From the IMG/VR virus record IMGVR_UViG_3300017761_005873, positions 65,261 through 129,260 of that record: a stretch of DNA of 64,000 nt; one strand, 5' to 3'. The notes under the pieces were generated by a model. That model did not search any database and was not told the origin of the DNA. It saw only the letters and a list, made by a program, of their open reading frames with translations. Positions 51,965-59,737 of the stretch are shown here, piece after piece; position 1 is the first letter of the stretch; each line of letters opens with the position of its first letter. This DNA comes from a virus. Made by a program: the position numbers and the translations under genes.

Positions 51965-52012
51965 TTATTCTTTTTCATAAATAGCGTATTTTATATGTTA
52001 TACTATACTATA

Positions 52013-52090
52013 ATGAAAGTTTTTGAATTATACCCACATACACTACCATTTAGTGTAAATTTTGAAGAATTTGTATCTTTGGTTAATTAA
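52013..52090 (+). CDS. possible 25-aa microprotein
   Basis: MKVFELYPHTLPFSVNFEEFVSLVN* fills the intergenic gap but overlaps a TATCTTTG box. Confidence 0.3.
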   Translation: MKVFELYPHTLPFSVNFEEFVSLVN

Positions 52091-52113
52091 ACTATTTATA
52101 ATAAAATTATAAT

Positions 52114-52584
52114 ATGAAAACTAAAAGATTAACTTTGGAATCATTTAAATCTGTTGTAAAAAAAATTATTAAAGAAGAAATGAATCCAAATGATAAAAAA
52201 TTTCACCGTGAAAATGTTATTAATTTAGATGGTGAACCTATTAAATTAATAGTTACAAATTTAAGAACAAATGAAAATCAAAATATTCAAGGTACAATTA
52301 ACCACATTAATGATTTTGAAGGTAGTTTTTCTCCAAGTGGTTTTTGGTTAAATCCTGAAAAAAAAGGTATGTATGTTATGTACGATAGAGATAGAAAAAG
52401 ATGGGTTAATGGTAATAGTAATGCATATATTGAAATAAACGGTGCATCACCAAATGATACATTTTTACTTGATAAAATAAAAGAAACTATACCTGAATAT
52501 AATGCACGATGGAGTTCTAGTGATTTAATTCAGAAATATTCTAATATGCCACAATTAGAAGAATCTAAAAAAAGAAGAAGATAA
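52114..52584 (+). CDS. putative head-packaged protein with conserved leader
   Basis: Late motif at 52091-52098; MKTKRLTLESFKSVVKKIIKEE leader; ends LEESKKRRR. Confidence 0.6.
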   Translation: MKTKRLTLESFKSVVKKIIKEEMNPNDKKFHRENVINLDGEPIKLIVTNLRTNENQNIQGTINHINDFEGSFSPSGFWLNPEKKGMYVMYDRDRKRWVNGNSNAYIEINGASPNDTFLLDKIKETIPEYNARWSSSDLIQKYSNMPQLEESKKRRR

Positions 52585-52591
52585 ATTTTAA

Positions 52592-52629
52592 AAAACCCTT
52601 GAGAAATCAGGGGTTTTCTTTTATATTTG
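52592..52629 (+). promoter_or_regulatory. terminator hairpin overlapping a Bacteroidota-type promoter for thyX
   Basis: AAAACCCTTGA-GAAA-TCAGGGGTTTT; CTTG 52598-52601, 20-nt spacer, TATATTTG 52622-52629. Confidence 0.7.
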
Positions 52630-52633
52630 CATT

Positions 52634-53272
52634 ATGAAAGCAGAACTATTATCTCACTACGGAAATGACCTCACAATCTGCAATGTCGCAAGAGTGTCAT
52701 ACGGAAAACAATCTGATGAATTCACAGATAAAGATATTAAATTAATTAACTATCTTGCAAAGCATGGTCACACCTCACCATTCAGACATACTAATATGCA
52801 ATTTAGAATTAATTGCCCAATCTATGTTGAAAGACAATTGTTCAAACATCAAGTTGGTTGGGTAGCTAATTCTATATCAGGTCGTTATGTAGACTTCTCT
52901 GATACATATACAATGGTTACTGAATGGAGAAGACAATCCGCTTCTTCTAAACAAGGTAGTGATGGTCCAATTGAAAATCAAGAAATGGCTTCTATTATTG
53001 AAGCAGATATCATTGAGCGTTGTAAAGGTGCTTATGAAAAACTTATTGAACTTGGTGTATCAAAGGAACAAGCCAGGACTATCTTACCACTAAATCTTAA
53101 TACAACATTTATTTGGACAGGTTCTTTTCAAGCATTTGTTCACCTTTGCAATCTTCGTTTAAAACCTGATGCTCAACAAGAGACTAGGGAAGTAGTAGCT
53201 GAGATGCTTCAATGTGTTAAAAACATTGAAGGTAACCCATTTCAACATAGTCTTGCTGCATTTGGGTTTTAA
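52634..53272 (+). CDS. thyX: flavin-dependent thymidylate synthase
   Basis: ARVSY, HTSPFRH, RQLFKHQ...NSISGRY, EQARTILP, LRL..DAQQETR. Confidence 0.93.
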   Translation: MKAELLSHYGNDLTICNVARVSYGKQSDEFTDKDIKLINYLAKHGHTSPFRHTNMQFRINCPIYVERQLFKHQVGWVANSISGRYVDFSDTYTMVTEWRRQSASSKQGSDGPIENQEMASIIEADIIERCKGAYEKLIELGVSKEQARTILPLNLNTTFIWTGSFQAFVHLCNLRLKPDAQQETREVVAEMLQCVKNIEGNPFQHSLAAFGF

Positions 53273-53520
53273 TGGAAAAACTTAAAAATTCAGCAGATAT
53301 AAAAATTGGGGAATACTATTGGGTTTCCCCAACTTCCCTTTATAAAGTATTAAATCCTGACTTTTTGGATGAAAATAAAATTTATTGTCGTATATTTAAC
53401 GATGTAATCAATCATCAACTTTGCATAACTTATATAAAGGATAATAAAGGATTTAAGAAAGTTATTGTGGATGATTTCCTAACAATAGAATATATTTTAA
53501 ATAAACTAAAAAATGAATAA
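53272..53520 (+). CDS. hypothetical protein
   Basis: 82 aa, translationally coupled. Confidence 0.5.
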   Translation: MEKLKNSADIKIGEYYWVSPTSLYKVLNPDFLDENKIYCRIFNDVINHQLCITYIKDNKGFKKVIVDDFLTIEYILNKLKNE

Positions 53521-54064
53521 ACTAGAAAACAAAATTTCCTCAATAAAGGAATATCAAGAACTTGCTAAAAGAACTTGTGCTGATTTAGGAAATAAGAAAC
53601 TTAATAATCTCCATATGAAAATGGGATTGATTACAGAACTTGCTGAAGCAATTGATGTATATAAAAAGAAGATTGCATATAAGAAAGATATTGACTATGT
53701 AAATCTTCAAGAAGAATTAATAGGGGATGTATTTTGGTATGCAGTAAACTATTGTAGAATTAATAAGATTACTTTACCTGTAATGCCTGAAGCATTATGG
53801 GAAAGTCAAAAACCAACATATACTGATGCTGAATATGTAAATCATTTGATTGAATTTGTAAGACTATCAATAAAACCAAAAAAGAATATTTCATCATTAA
53901 TGATTAAAATTTATATTTTATCAACATATCTTAATTTTGATTTTTATCAATCATTGACAAATAACATTAATAAACTTATGGTTCGTTATCCTGAAAAGTT
54001 TGATACTGATAAAGCTATCAATAGGGATTTAGAAACTGAAAGAAAAAGACTTGAAGATAAATAA
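53513..54064 (+). CDS. MazG-like nucleotide pyrophosphohydrolase
   Basis: EYQELAKRT, GLITELAEAID, EELIGDVFWY, NINKLMVRYPEKF. Confidence 0.8.
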   Translation: MNKLENKISSIKEYQELAKRTCADLGNKKLNNLHMKMGLITELAEAIDVYKKKIAYKKDIDYVNLQEELIGDVFWYAVNYCRINKITLPVMPEALWESQKPTYTDAEYVNHLIEFVRLSIKPKKNISSLMIKIYILSTYLNFDFYQSLTNNINKLMVRYPEKFDTDKAINRDLETERKRLEDK

Positions 54065-54271
54065 GTGAAATTAATAACTATTAGTAGGATATTAGGTAGG
54101 CAAGGTCTTATCAGAAATTTTAATTTATCAAAAATTAAAAATGATTTAAGAGAAGATGATGAGGTAACAGGTGGTTGTATCTGCACAAATATTGAAAGAT
54201 ATTATAATATTGATGAAAGAGCATCACATATAATTTATAATAAAAAAAGATATAGAGCCTTAAAAGTTTAA
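54065..54271 (+). CDS. hypothetical protein
   Basis: 68 aa, GTG start directly after the previous stop. Confidence 0.4.
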   Translation: MKLITISRILGRQGLIRNFNLSKIKNDLREDDEVTGGCICTNIERYYNIDERASHIIYNKKRYRALKV

Positions 54272-54282
54272 AATTTTTTCAC

Positions 54283-54320
54283 AAAGCCTTTGGAATTCTC
54301 AAAGGCTTTTTTTATTTTTG
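54283..54320 (+). promoter_or_regulatory. terminator hairpin overlapping a Bacteroidota-type promoter
   Basis: AAAGCCTTTG-GAATTCT-CAAAGGCTTT plus T-run; TTTG 54289-54292, 20-nt spacer, TATTTTTG 54313-54320. Confidence 0.72.
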
Positions 54321-54338
54321 TCTAAACTTAAAAATCTT

Positions 54339-55721
54339 ATGAACAATAATCTTCGTTTCCCCATTCTAGACCTTGCTCAAGAACTTTATAATCTTTCAGT
54401 TATATTTGCTAAATCAGCCAATTCTAATGTATTAGAGAATGATGATACCACTATCGTTGATGAATCTAATAAATATGATTTGAGATTTAATAATTATCAG
54501 AAATATTTAAAAAAGGGGGGTGATAATATTCATAATACTTTCTATAGTGCATTTCATCATGTAACAGATAAAGGTCATTCAATTATTTTAACTCTTACTG
54601 AATTTAAAAGTAGAAGACTTTCTTTTTCAGGTGAACATCTTAAAATGAGAAAAGAAGGGTATGAATATTTTTGTTACCCATCTAAAAGGAATGTATCATT
54701 TGTTTTTATTTCACCAAGTGGTTCAATAAAATTTAATCTACCATCAAAAAAAACTACAGTTTGGCTTTCATTGAGTAATATTAAAAATTTCCCTTTTAAT
54801 TATTTTGGTTTAATTCTTAATCCTGACCAAAATCAATTAAGTAAAAAACTTCTTTTTAATAATAAAAAGAATGAATGGTGTGAAAATCATTTGGAAATAA
54901 AAAGAGAAAGAGTAACACCAGTCTTATCTCAAAAAAATAACTTTACCAAATCATCATACGGTTCTTGTTCCAATCTTCAACAGTTTATTAATAAAATTAA
55001 AACCATTGATGAACCTTTATCACATAAACAATTTGCAGGTTTATCATTTGATGATATATATGAAATAATGTCAGTTGTACCAATATTCAAAAACCCAATC
55101 AATTATATTGATAATTTTAAAGAACTTAAAAAAATTAATGGTATTGATGTTGTACCTAGTGATTATAAAACTTATCTTGATGATTTAATAAAGATAGCAA
55201 ACGATGTTAATCAAAAGATTAATTTTTCTTTGAATAAAGATAATATCAAAGAACAACATGATAAAATGTTATTGGATAATCTTGATAAGATGAAAGCAAA
55301 ACCAATTCATGTTGATGATAAATATCTTATATTAGAAAAGTATTTACCAAAAGAATTTAAAATTATTAAAACAGGTAAAGAACTTTTATTTGAAAGTCTT
55401 ACTCAAAAACATTGCGTGAATAGTTATTCAAGTAATATTAATAGAGGTGAATGTTGTATTCTAACAACTGAATATAATGATAGAAGATATACGGCAGAAA
55501 TTAGATTTGGTAAAAGTTGGCTTTCTAATGATAAAAATCCTAAATATACAATAAACCAATTCAAAGGTTATGGTAATATACAAGCACCAAAAGCATTAGA
55601 ATCTAAACTAGTTAGTATTATTGATACTGTTAATAAAAAAGAATTAAAAATAACAAGTATAACAATTCCATTTGATGAACACAATTATGAAATTGTTGAA
55701 TATGTTGATAATCCTTTTTAA
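54339..55721 (+). CDS. PcfJ-like domain protein
   Basis: KEQHD...ELLFESLTQKHCVNSY...RYTAEI...NQFKGYGN. Start moved to ATG 54339, downstream of the promoter. Confidence 0.7.
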   Translation: MNNNLRFPILDLAQELYNLSVIFAKSANSNVLENDDTTIVDESNKYDLRFNNYQKYLKKGGDNIHNTFYSAFHHVTDKGHSIILTLTEFKSRRLSFSGEHLKMRKEGYEYFCYPSKRNVSFVFISPSGSIKFNLPSKKTTVWLSLSNIKNFPFNYFGLILNPDQNQLSKKLLFNNKKNEWCENHLEIKRERVTPVLSQKNNFTKSSYGSCSNLQQFINKIKTIDEPLSHKQFAGLSFDDIYEIMSVVPIFKNPINYIDNFKELKKINGIDVVPSDYKTYLDDLIKIANDVNQKINFSLNKDNIKEQHDKMLLDNLDKMKAKPIHVDDKYLILEKYLPKEFKIIKTGKELLFESLTQKHCVNSYSSNINRGECCILTTEYNDRRYTAEIRFGKSWLSNDKNPKYTINQFKGYGNIQAPKALESKLVSIIDTVNKKELKITSITIPFDEHNYEIVEYVDNPF

Positions 55722-55761
55722 ATGAATTACTTTCTATTTAAATAAAAATATCTTTATTTAA

Positions 55762-56475
55762 ATGAAATTTAAAACAATTATATTATCTGATGTTCATTTA
55801 GGTTCAAAAGCATCAAGAACAAAAGATGTTTTAAAATTCTTGGATGAAAACACTTGTCAAAGATTAATATTGAATGGTGATATAATTGATATGTGGTCAT
55901 TAAAAAGAGGTGGCAAATGGAAAGAATCTCATTCAAAATTTATAAATAAAATATTAAAAATAGCTAAGAAAAAAGAAGTTATTTATCTAATAGGTAATCA
56001 CGATGATTTCTTACATAAATTTCAACCCCTACATCTACCTAATATAAAATTATTAAAAGAATATATATTAACAGATTCTAATAATAAAAAACTTTATATC
56101 TTTCATGGTGATGTTCTTGATATTTTTATAACAAAAATAAAATGGTTAGCCGTAATTGGTTCAATTGGCTATGATATTGCATTATGGCTTAATAGAAAGT
56201 ATAATTGGTATAGAGAAAAAAGAAATCTACCATATTACTCAATCTCAAAAGAAATAAAAAATAAAATAAAAAGCGCAGTTAATTTTATTAATGACTTTGA
56301 AGACAATGCTATTAATTTAGCTAAATTAAAAAATTGTGATATAGCAGTATGTGGTCATATACATCAACCTGATTTAAAAGAAAATTATATGAACTCAGGA
56401 GATTGGTGCGAAAACTGTACAGCTTTAGTTGAAACACTAGATGGAAAATGGGAAATATTTCATTTTCATAAATAA
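55762..56475 (+). CDS. LpxH-like (UDP-2,3-diacylglucosamine hydrolase family) metallophosphoesterase
   Basis: SDVHLG, LNGDIID.W, GNHD, FHGD, CGHIHQP, YMNSGDWCENCTAL. Confidence 0.8.
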   Translation: MKFKTIILSDVHLGSKASRTKDVLKFLDENTCQRLILNGDIIDMWSLKRGGKWKESHSKFINKILKIAKKKEVIYLIGNHDDFLHKFQPLHLPNIKLLKEYILTDSNNKKLYIFHGDVLDIFITKIKWLAVIGSIGYDIALWLNRKYNWYREKRNLPYYSISKEIKNKIKSAVNFINDFEDNAINLAKLKNCDIAVCGHIHQPDLKENYMNSGDWCENCTALVETLDGKWEIFHFHK

Positions 56476-56481
56476 ATATTT

Positions 56482-56489
56482 TATCTTTG
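56482..56489 (+). promoter_or_regulatory. Bacteroidota -7 box
   Basis: TATCTTTG, with ATG 56494 starting 5 nt after the final G. Confidence 0.55.
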
Positions 56490-56493
56490 CCTT

Positions 56494-57171
56494 ATGAAAA
56501 TCTTTGCAATTTCAGATACTCATGGAAAGCATGAGCAAGTTCAAATACCTGAAGGTACTGATATGCTTATTCATGCAGGTGATTTTTCAAATATAAAACT
56601 TCCTGCAATGAACCATAATGAAGTTAATTTATTTTTAATTTGGCTTGAACAACAACCTGTTAAATATAAAGTGATTATTGCTGGTAATCATGATACTTCT
56701 ATTGAAAGTAGATTCATTACTAAAAAAGATTTTAAAAATAGAGGTATTATCTACCTTGAACATGAATCTATTGAGATTGAAGGAATTAAAATATTTGGTT
56801 CTCCATATACTCCCGAATATCATAATTGGGCTTTTAATCGCACAAGGGCTAAACTTGGAAAAATTTGGGATTCAATTCCTGATGATACAGATATCTTAAT
56901 TACTCATGGTCCTCCTAAAGGTATTTTAGATTCTGCATCAAGAGATAAAAATAATCATGAACATGTAGGATGTTCTGCTTTACTTAAAAAAGTTTTAAAA
57001 GTAAAACCTAAATATATGATATTTGGTCATATTCATGACAATGGTGATAATTTAAACAATGGCATGTTTAAATTAAATGAATATATAACAATCTTTGCAA
57101 ATGTATCTTGCGTTAAAGATGGTGATAACTTACCATTTGTACACAATGGATATAGTTTTGATTACTTATAA
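56494..57171 (+). CDS. calcineurin-like metallophosphoesterase (MPPED/239FB-like)
   Basis: ISDTHG, HAGDF, IAGNHD, GSPYTP, ITHGPP, FGHIH. Confidence 0.85.
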   Translation: MKIFAISDTHGKHEQVQIPEGTDMLIHAGDFSNIKLPAMNHNEVNLFLIWLEQQPVKYKVIIAGNHDTSIESRFITKKDFKNRGIIYLEHESIEIEGIKIFGSPYTPEYHNWAFNRTRAKLGKIWDSIPDDTDILITHGPPKGILDSASRDKNNHEHVGCSALLKKVLKVKPKYMIFGHIHDNGDNLNNGMFKLNEYITIFANVSCVKDGDNLPFVHNGYSFDYL

Positions 57172-58112
57172 CCAATTTGACCTAATAAAGTACTTAAACT
57201 AGTTAATAATCTTTGTTTAGGCATTATTTGAGGACCATATTTTTTTTGGTCAACACCTTGCATTAAAGTTATAAATTGTCCATTAAATTCAGAAGGTGTA
57301 TCAACTTGTGTTAAAGTTTTTTTCTGTTGTGTATTTCTTTGTGTTTGACTAGTAGTACTTTGTTTTAAAGCTGCTGTTGAAAGAGATGATTGTGGTGCAA
57401 ATCCTGTACTACCAATAGGTGTACCTCCCATTGCTGTTTGCTCCATTAACATTTTGCGAACCATTGCTTTTAATTGAGATTCTGTAATTAAAACTTTTTT
57501 CATATTACTTTTATTGTAATTAGTGAATTTAGATTCAGTCATTGTATTTTGTTTATTTAAATTAATATTACCAATTATATTTTTTATTATCTGATTTTTA
57601 TATGGTTCTATTAAAACTTTATATACAAAAGCAATAGTTCCAACTATTTTAATTAACATTTCAAAAAATTGATATATAGAATCAAGAGTAATATTATTCA
57701 TTAATTGAGAATGTAATATCCCATCAAACCATTTTACTAAATCAGGTATTTTTGTAAAGTTATTAATATAAAAAGATGTTGTACATGCTAATACTGATAA
57801 ATATACTAAATTTTTTAAACTAGCTGTATTATTTAATGTTGTTAAAAATTTATTTAAATAATCATTATTAATCTTATTAATATTTCTTACAATTGAATCT
57901 TTTATTTGACTTAAATAATATTGTAACGCTTTATTATTTGTTAATAATTTTTTATAAAAATCACCTATTTCCTTTACAGTTTTTATATTGTCAAATAATT
58001 GATTAGAAAAATCACTAAAAATGTTTTCATTTAAATCTTTATTCTCCAATTCTAACATTAATGAATTGCAAGACTCTATAAACCTTTCCCTTTTTTGAAA
58101 ATCTTTTGACAT
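57162..58112 (-). CDS. putative head-packaged protein; in-frame fusion containing a second gene starting at 57503
   Basis: Late motif at 58123-58130, DLNE site, two hydrophobic segments; internal late motif at 57517-57524 before MKKVLITESQLKAMVRKMLMEQ. Confidence 0.6.
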   Translation of the reverse strand: MSKDFQKRERFIESCNSLMLELENKDLNENIFSDFSNQLFDNIKTVKEIGDFYKKLLTNNKALQYYLSQIKDSIVRNINKINNDYLNKFLTTLNNTASLKNLVYLSVLACTTSFYINNFTKIPDLVKWFDGILHSQLMNNITLDSIYQFFEMLIKIVGTIAFVYKVLIEPYKNQIIKNIIGNINLNKQNTMTESKFTNYNKSNMKKVLITESQLKAMVRKMLMEQTAMGGTPIGSTGFAPQSSLSTAALKQSTTSQTQRNTQQKKTLTQVDTPSEFNGQFITLMQGVDQKKYGPQIMPKQRLLTSLSTLLGQIGYK

Positions 58113-58149
58113 TTTTTTATTGTAAATAGTAAAATTATAAAAAAAAGTA

Positions 58150-58157
58150 TATATTTG
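58150..58157 (+). promoter_or_regulatory. Bacteroidota -7 box upstream of the tRNA/ncRNA cluster
   Basis: TATATTTG, 17 nt before tRNA-Leu. Confidence 0.6.
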
Positions 58158-58174
58158 AACTGTGAAAACACTAT

Positions 58175-58258
58175 GTCAGAGTGATGGAACTGGTAGACAT
58201 GCAGGACTTAAAATCCTGTGGCAGCAATGCCGTAAGGGTTCGATTCCCTTCTCTGATA
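58175..58258 (+). tRNA. tRNA-Leu(UAA), CCA not encoded
   Basis: Acceptor GTCAGAG/CTCTGAT, anticodon arm CAGGA-CTTAAAA-TCCTG, long variable arm, AAGGG-TTCGATT-CCCTT. Confidence 0.93.
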
Positions 58259-58263
58259 CATAA

Positions 58264-58337
<74 letters not shown>

Positions 58338-58340
58338 CAA

Positions 58341-58545
58341 TGACTAAGAGATAGTCAGAGTCTTTAATCCAAGACTTAAACAATGGAATCGGTACTAAAG
58401 AGGACATCGTTAATGCCTCTTTCATAGGAATAAAGGGAAAGCACAAACCCTCCTAGTAGTGTGGATGTTTTCATGAGGGATGCCTCACAGGTTTTTAAGA
58501 AATAGAAAACCGAAATAACTACTCACAAGTAATCTCATTGTGGGG
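58341..58545 (+). ncRNA. candidate structured ncRNA of unknown class
   Basis: Six contiguous helical elements including a three-way junction; GC-richer than the flanks; sits between tRNA-Arg and a tRNA-like element. Confidence 0.55.
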
Positions 58546-58549
58546 AAAT

Positions 58550-58632
58550 AGTCAGGAGGCACATAATGGGATGAATGGTTGTCCTAACCTGAGAAGGGTG
58601 GTGCAAAGCAAGTTCAAATCTTGCCCTGGCTA
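58550..58632 (+). ncRNA. tRNA-like element: acceptor stem and T arm without canonical D/anticodon arms
   Basis: AGTCAGG/CCTGGCT acceptor, GCAAG-TTCAAAT-CTTGC T arm, discriminator A; the middle folds as GCAC/GTGC enclosing two small hairpins. Confidence 0.65.
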
Positions 58633-58654
58633 CTATTTAAGATAAATATAGCAT

Positions 58655-59128
58655 ATGAATTTATCAAAAAATCTTGCACTTTTTGAGATGACAAGAAACT
58701 CAACTGCTAAAAGAAAAGGTGTTAGTAATGAACCAACTCCTCAACATATTCAAAATATGAAAGTGTTGGCTGAAAAAATATTTGAACCTATTAGAAGACA
58801 CTTTAATACACCAATTCATATTACTTCAGGTTATAGGAGTGAAGCTTTAAATAAAGTAACTCCAGGCGCATCTAAAACTTCTCAACACTCTAAAGGAGAA
58901 GCAATTGATATTGATATGGATGGTAGTGGTTCTAAAATTACCAATGCTGATATATTTAATTGGATTAAAGATAATTTAGACTTTGACCAGCTTATTTGGG
59001 AATTTGGCGATGAAACAAATCCTAGTTGGCTACATGTATCATATAATACAGATGGACCACAAAGAGGTCAAATATTAAAAGCATCAAAAGGTGTGTTTGG
59101 TACTAAATATACACCCTATACATCTTAA
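58655..59128 (+). CDS. peptidase M15A-family endolysin (D-Ala-D-Ala peptidase fold)
   Basis: ITSGYRS, SQHSKGEAID, FDQLIWE, WLHVSY; late motif at 58632-58639. Confidence 0.85.
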   Translation: MNLSKNLALFEMTRNSTAKRKGVSNEPTPQHIQNMKVLAEKIFEPIRRHFNTPIHITSGYRSEALNKVTPGASKTSQHSKGEAIDIDMDGSGSKITNADIFNWIKDNLDFDQLIWEFGDETNPSWLHVSYNTDGPQRGQILKASKGVFGTKYTPYTS

Positions 59129-59130
59129 TT

Positions 59131-59670
59131 ATGGGTAAACACTCAAATCTACCTTTTCATTTTTATGTTAATGTTAAGAATGAATTCTTAGGTCCAAATA
59201 TGCCCAAAGGTATTACCAAAGGTGTATGGCATGGTATATACTGTAAAGAATATCAAACATTAATGTGTCATGTTCTTTTAGAATCAGGTGCTAATTGGAG
59301 TGGTTTACCTATCCATGCATTATCTACAACTGAAGACTTTTCTATTGATAGAAAAGATTTAATGCCTTGGACAGCTATGGGTGATAATATGGAAACATTT
59401 TATTCAACTATGCTTGAAGGTCTTCAAGCAGATACTTTAAGACCTTTTAAAGCAAAAGGTAGACATACAGGTATTATCATTGATTGGACAGATGGTTATT
59501 CAAGATATCCACAAGAACATAAACCATTAAACCTAATACAATTAGATTCAGGTCAATTTGCTTTATTACCAAATAATTATGTTGTTTATAATGATAAACA
59601 CTTCGTTGATGAAAAAGCAAGAGAAAATTTAAAATTTTATAAGAGAGGAGAAAATATTTATTGGGAATAA
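59131..59670 (+). CDS. hypothetical phage protein
   Basis: 179 aa; LLESGA...LPIHAL, EHK...LDSGQFALLPNN. Confidence 0.65.
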   Translation: MGKHSNLPFHFYVNVKNEFLGPNMPKGITKGVWHGIYCKEYQTLMCHVLLESGANWSGLPIHALSTTEDFSIDRKDLMPWTAMGDNMETFYSTMLEGLQADTLRPFKAKGRHTGIIIDWTDGYSRYPQEHKPLNLIQLDSGQFALLPNNYVVYNDKHFVDEKARENLKFYKRGENIYWE

Positions 59671-59696
59671 AAAAAGGTCTGAATTTCAGACCTTTT
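59669..59696. terminator. bidirectional terminator between convergent genes
   Basis: AAAAGGTCTGAA-T-TTCAGACCTTTT inverted repeat with A/T runs on both sides. Confidence 0.75.
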
Positions 59697-59737
59697 CTAT
59701 TTTAAATTTATAGTTGATTATATATTTTTAAATCTTA

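Noticed and set aside
10122-58130. T4 late promoter TATAAATA read on the plus strand
   Set aside because: Where it occurs next to these genes it points away from the adjacent start codon; the consistent orientation is the reverse complement.
58456-58522. Hammerhead ribozyme in the three-way junction (stem followed by GAAA)
   Set aside because: The CUGANGA core is missing at the required position.
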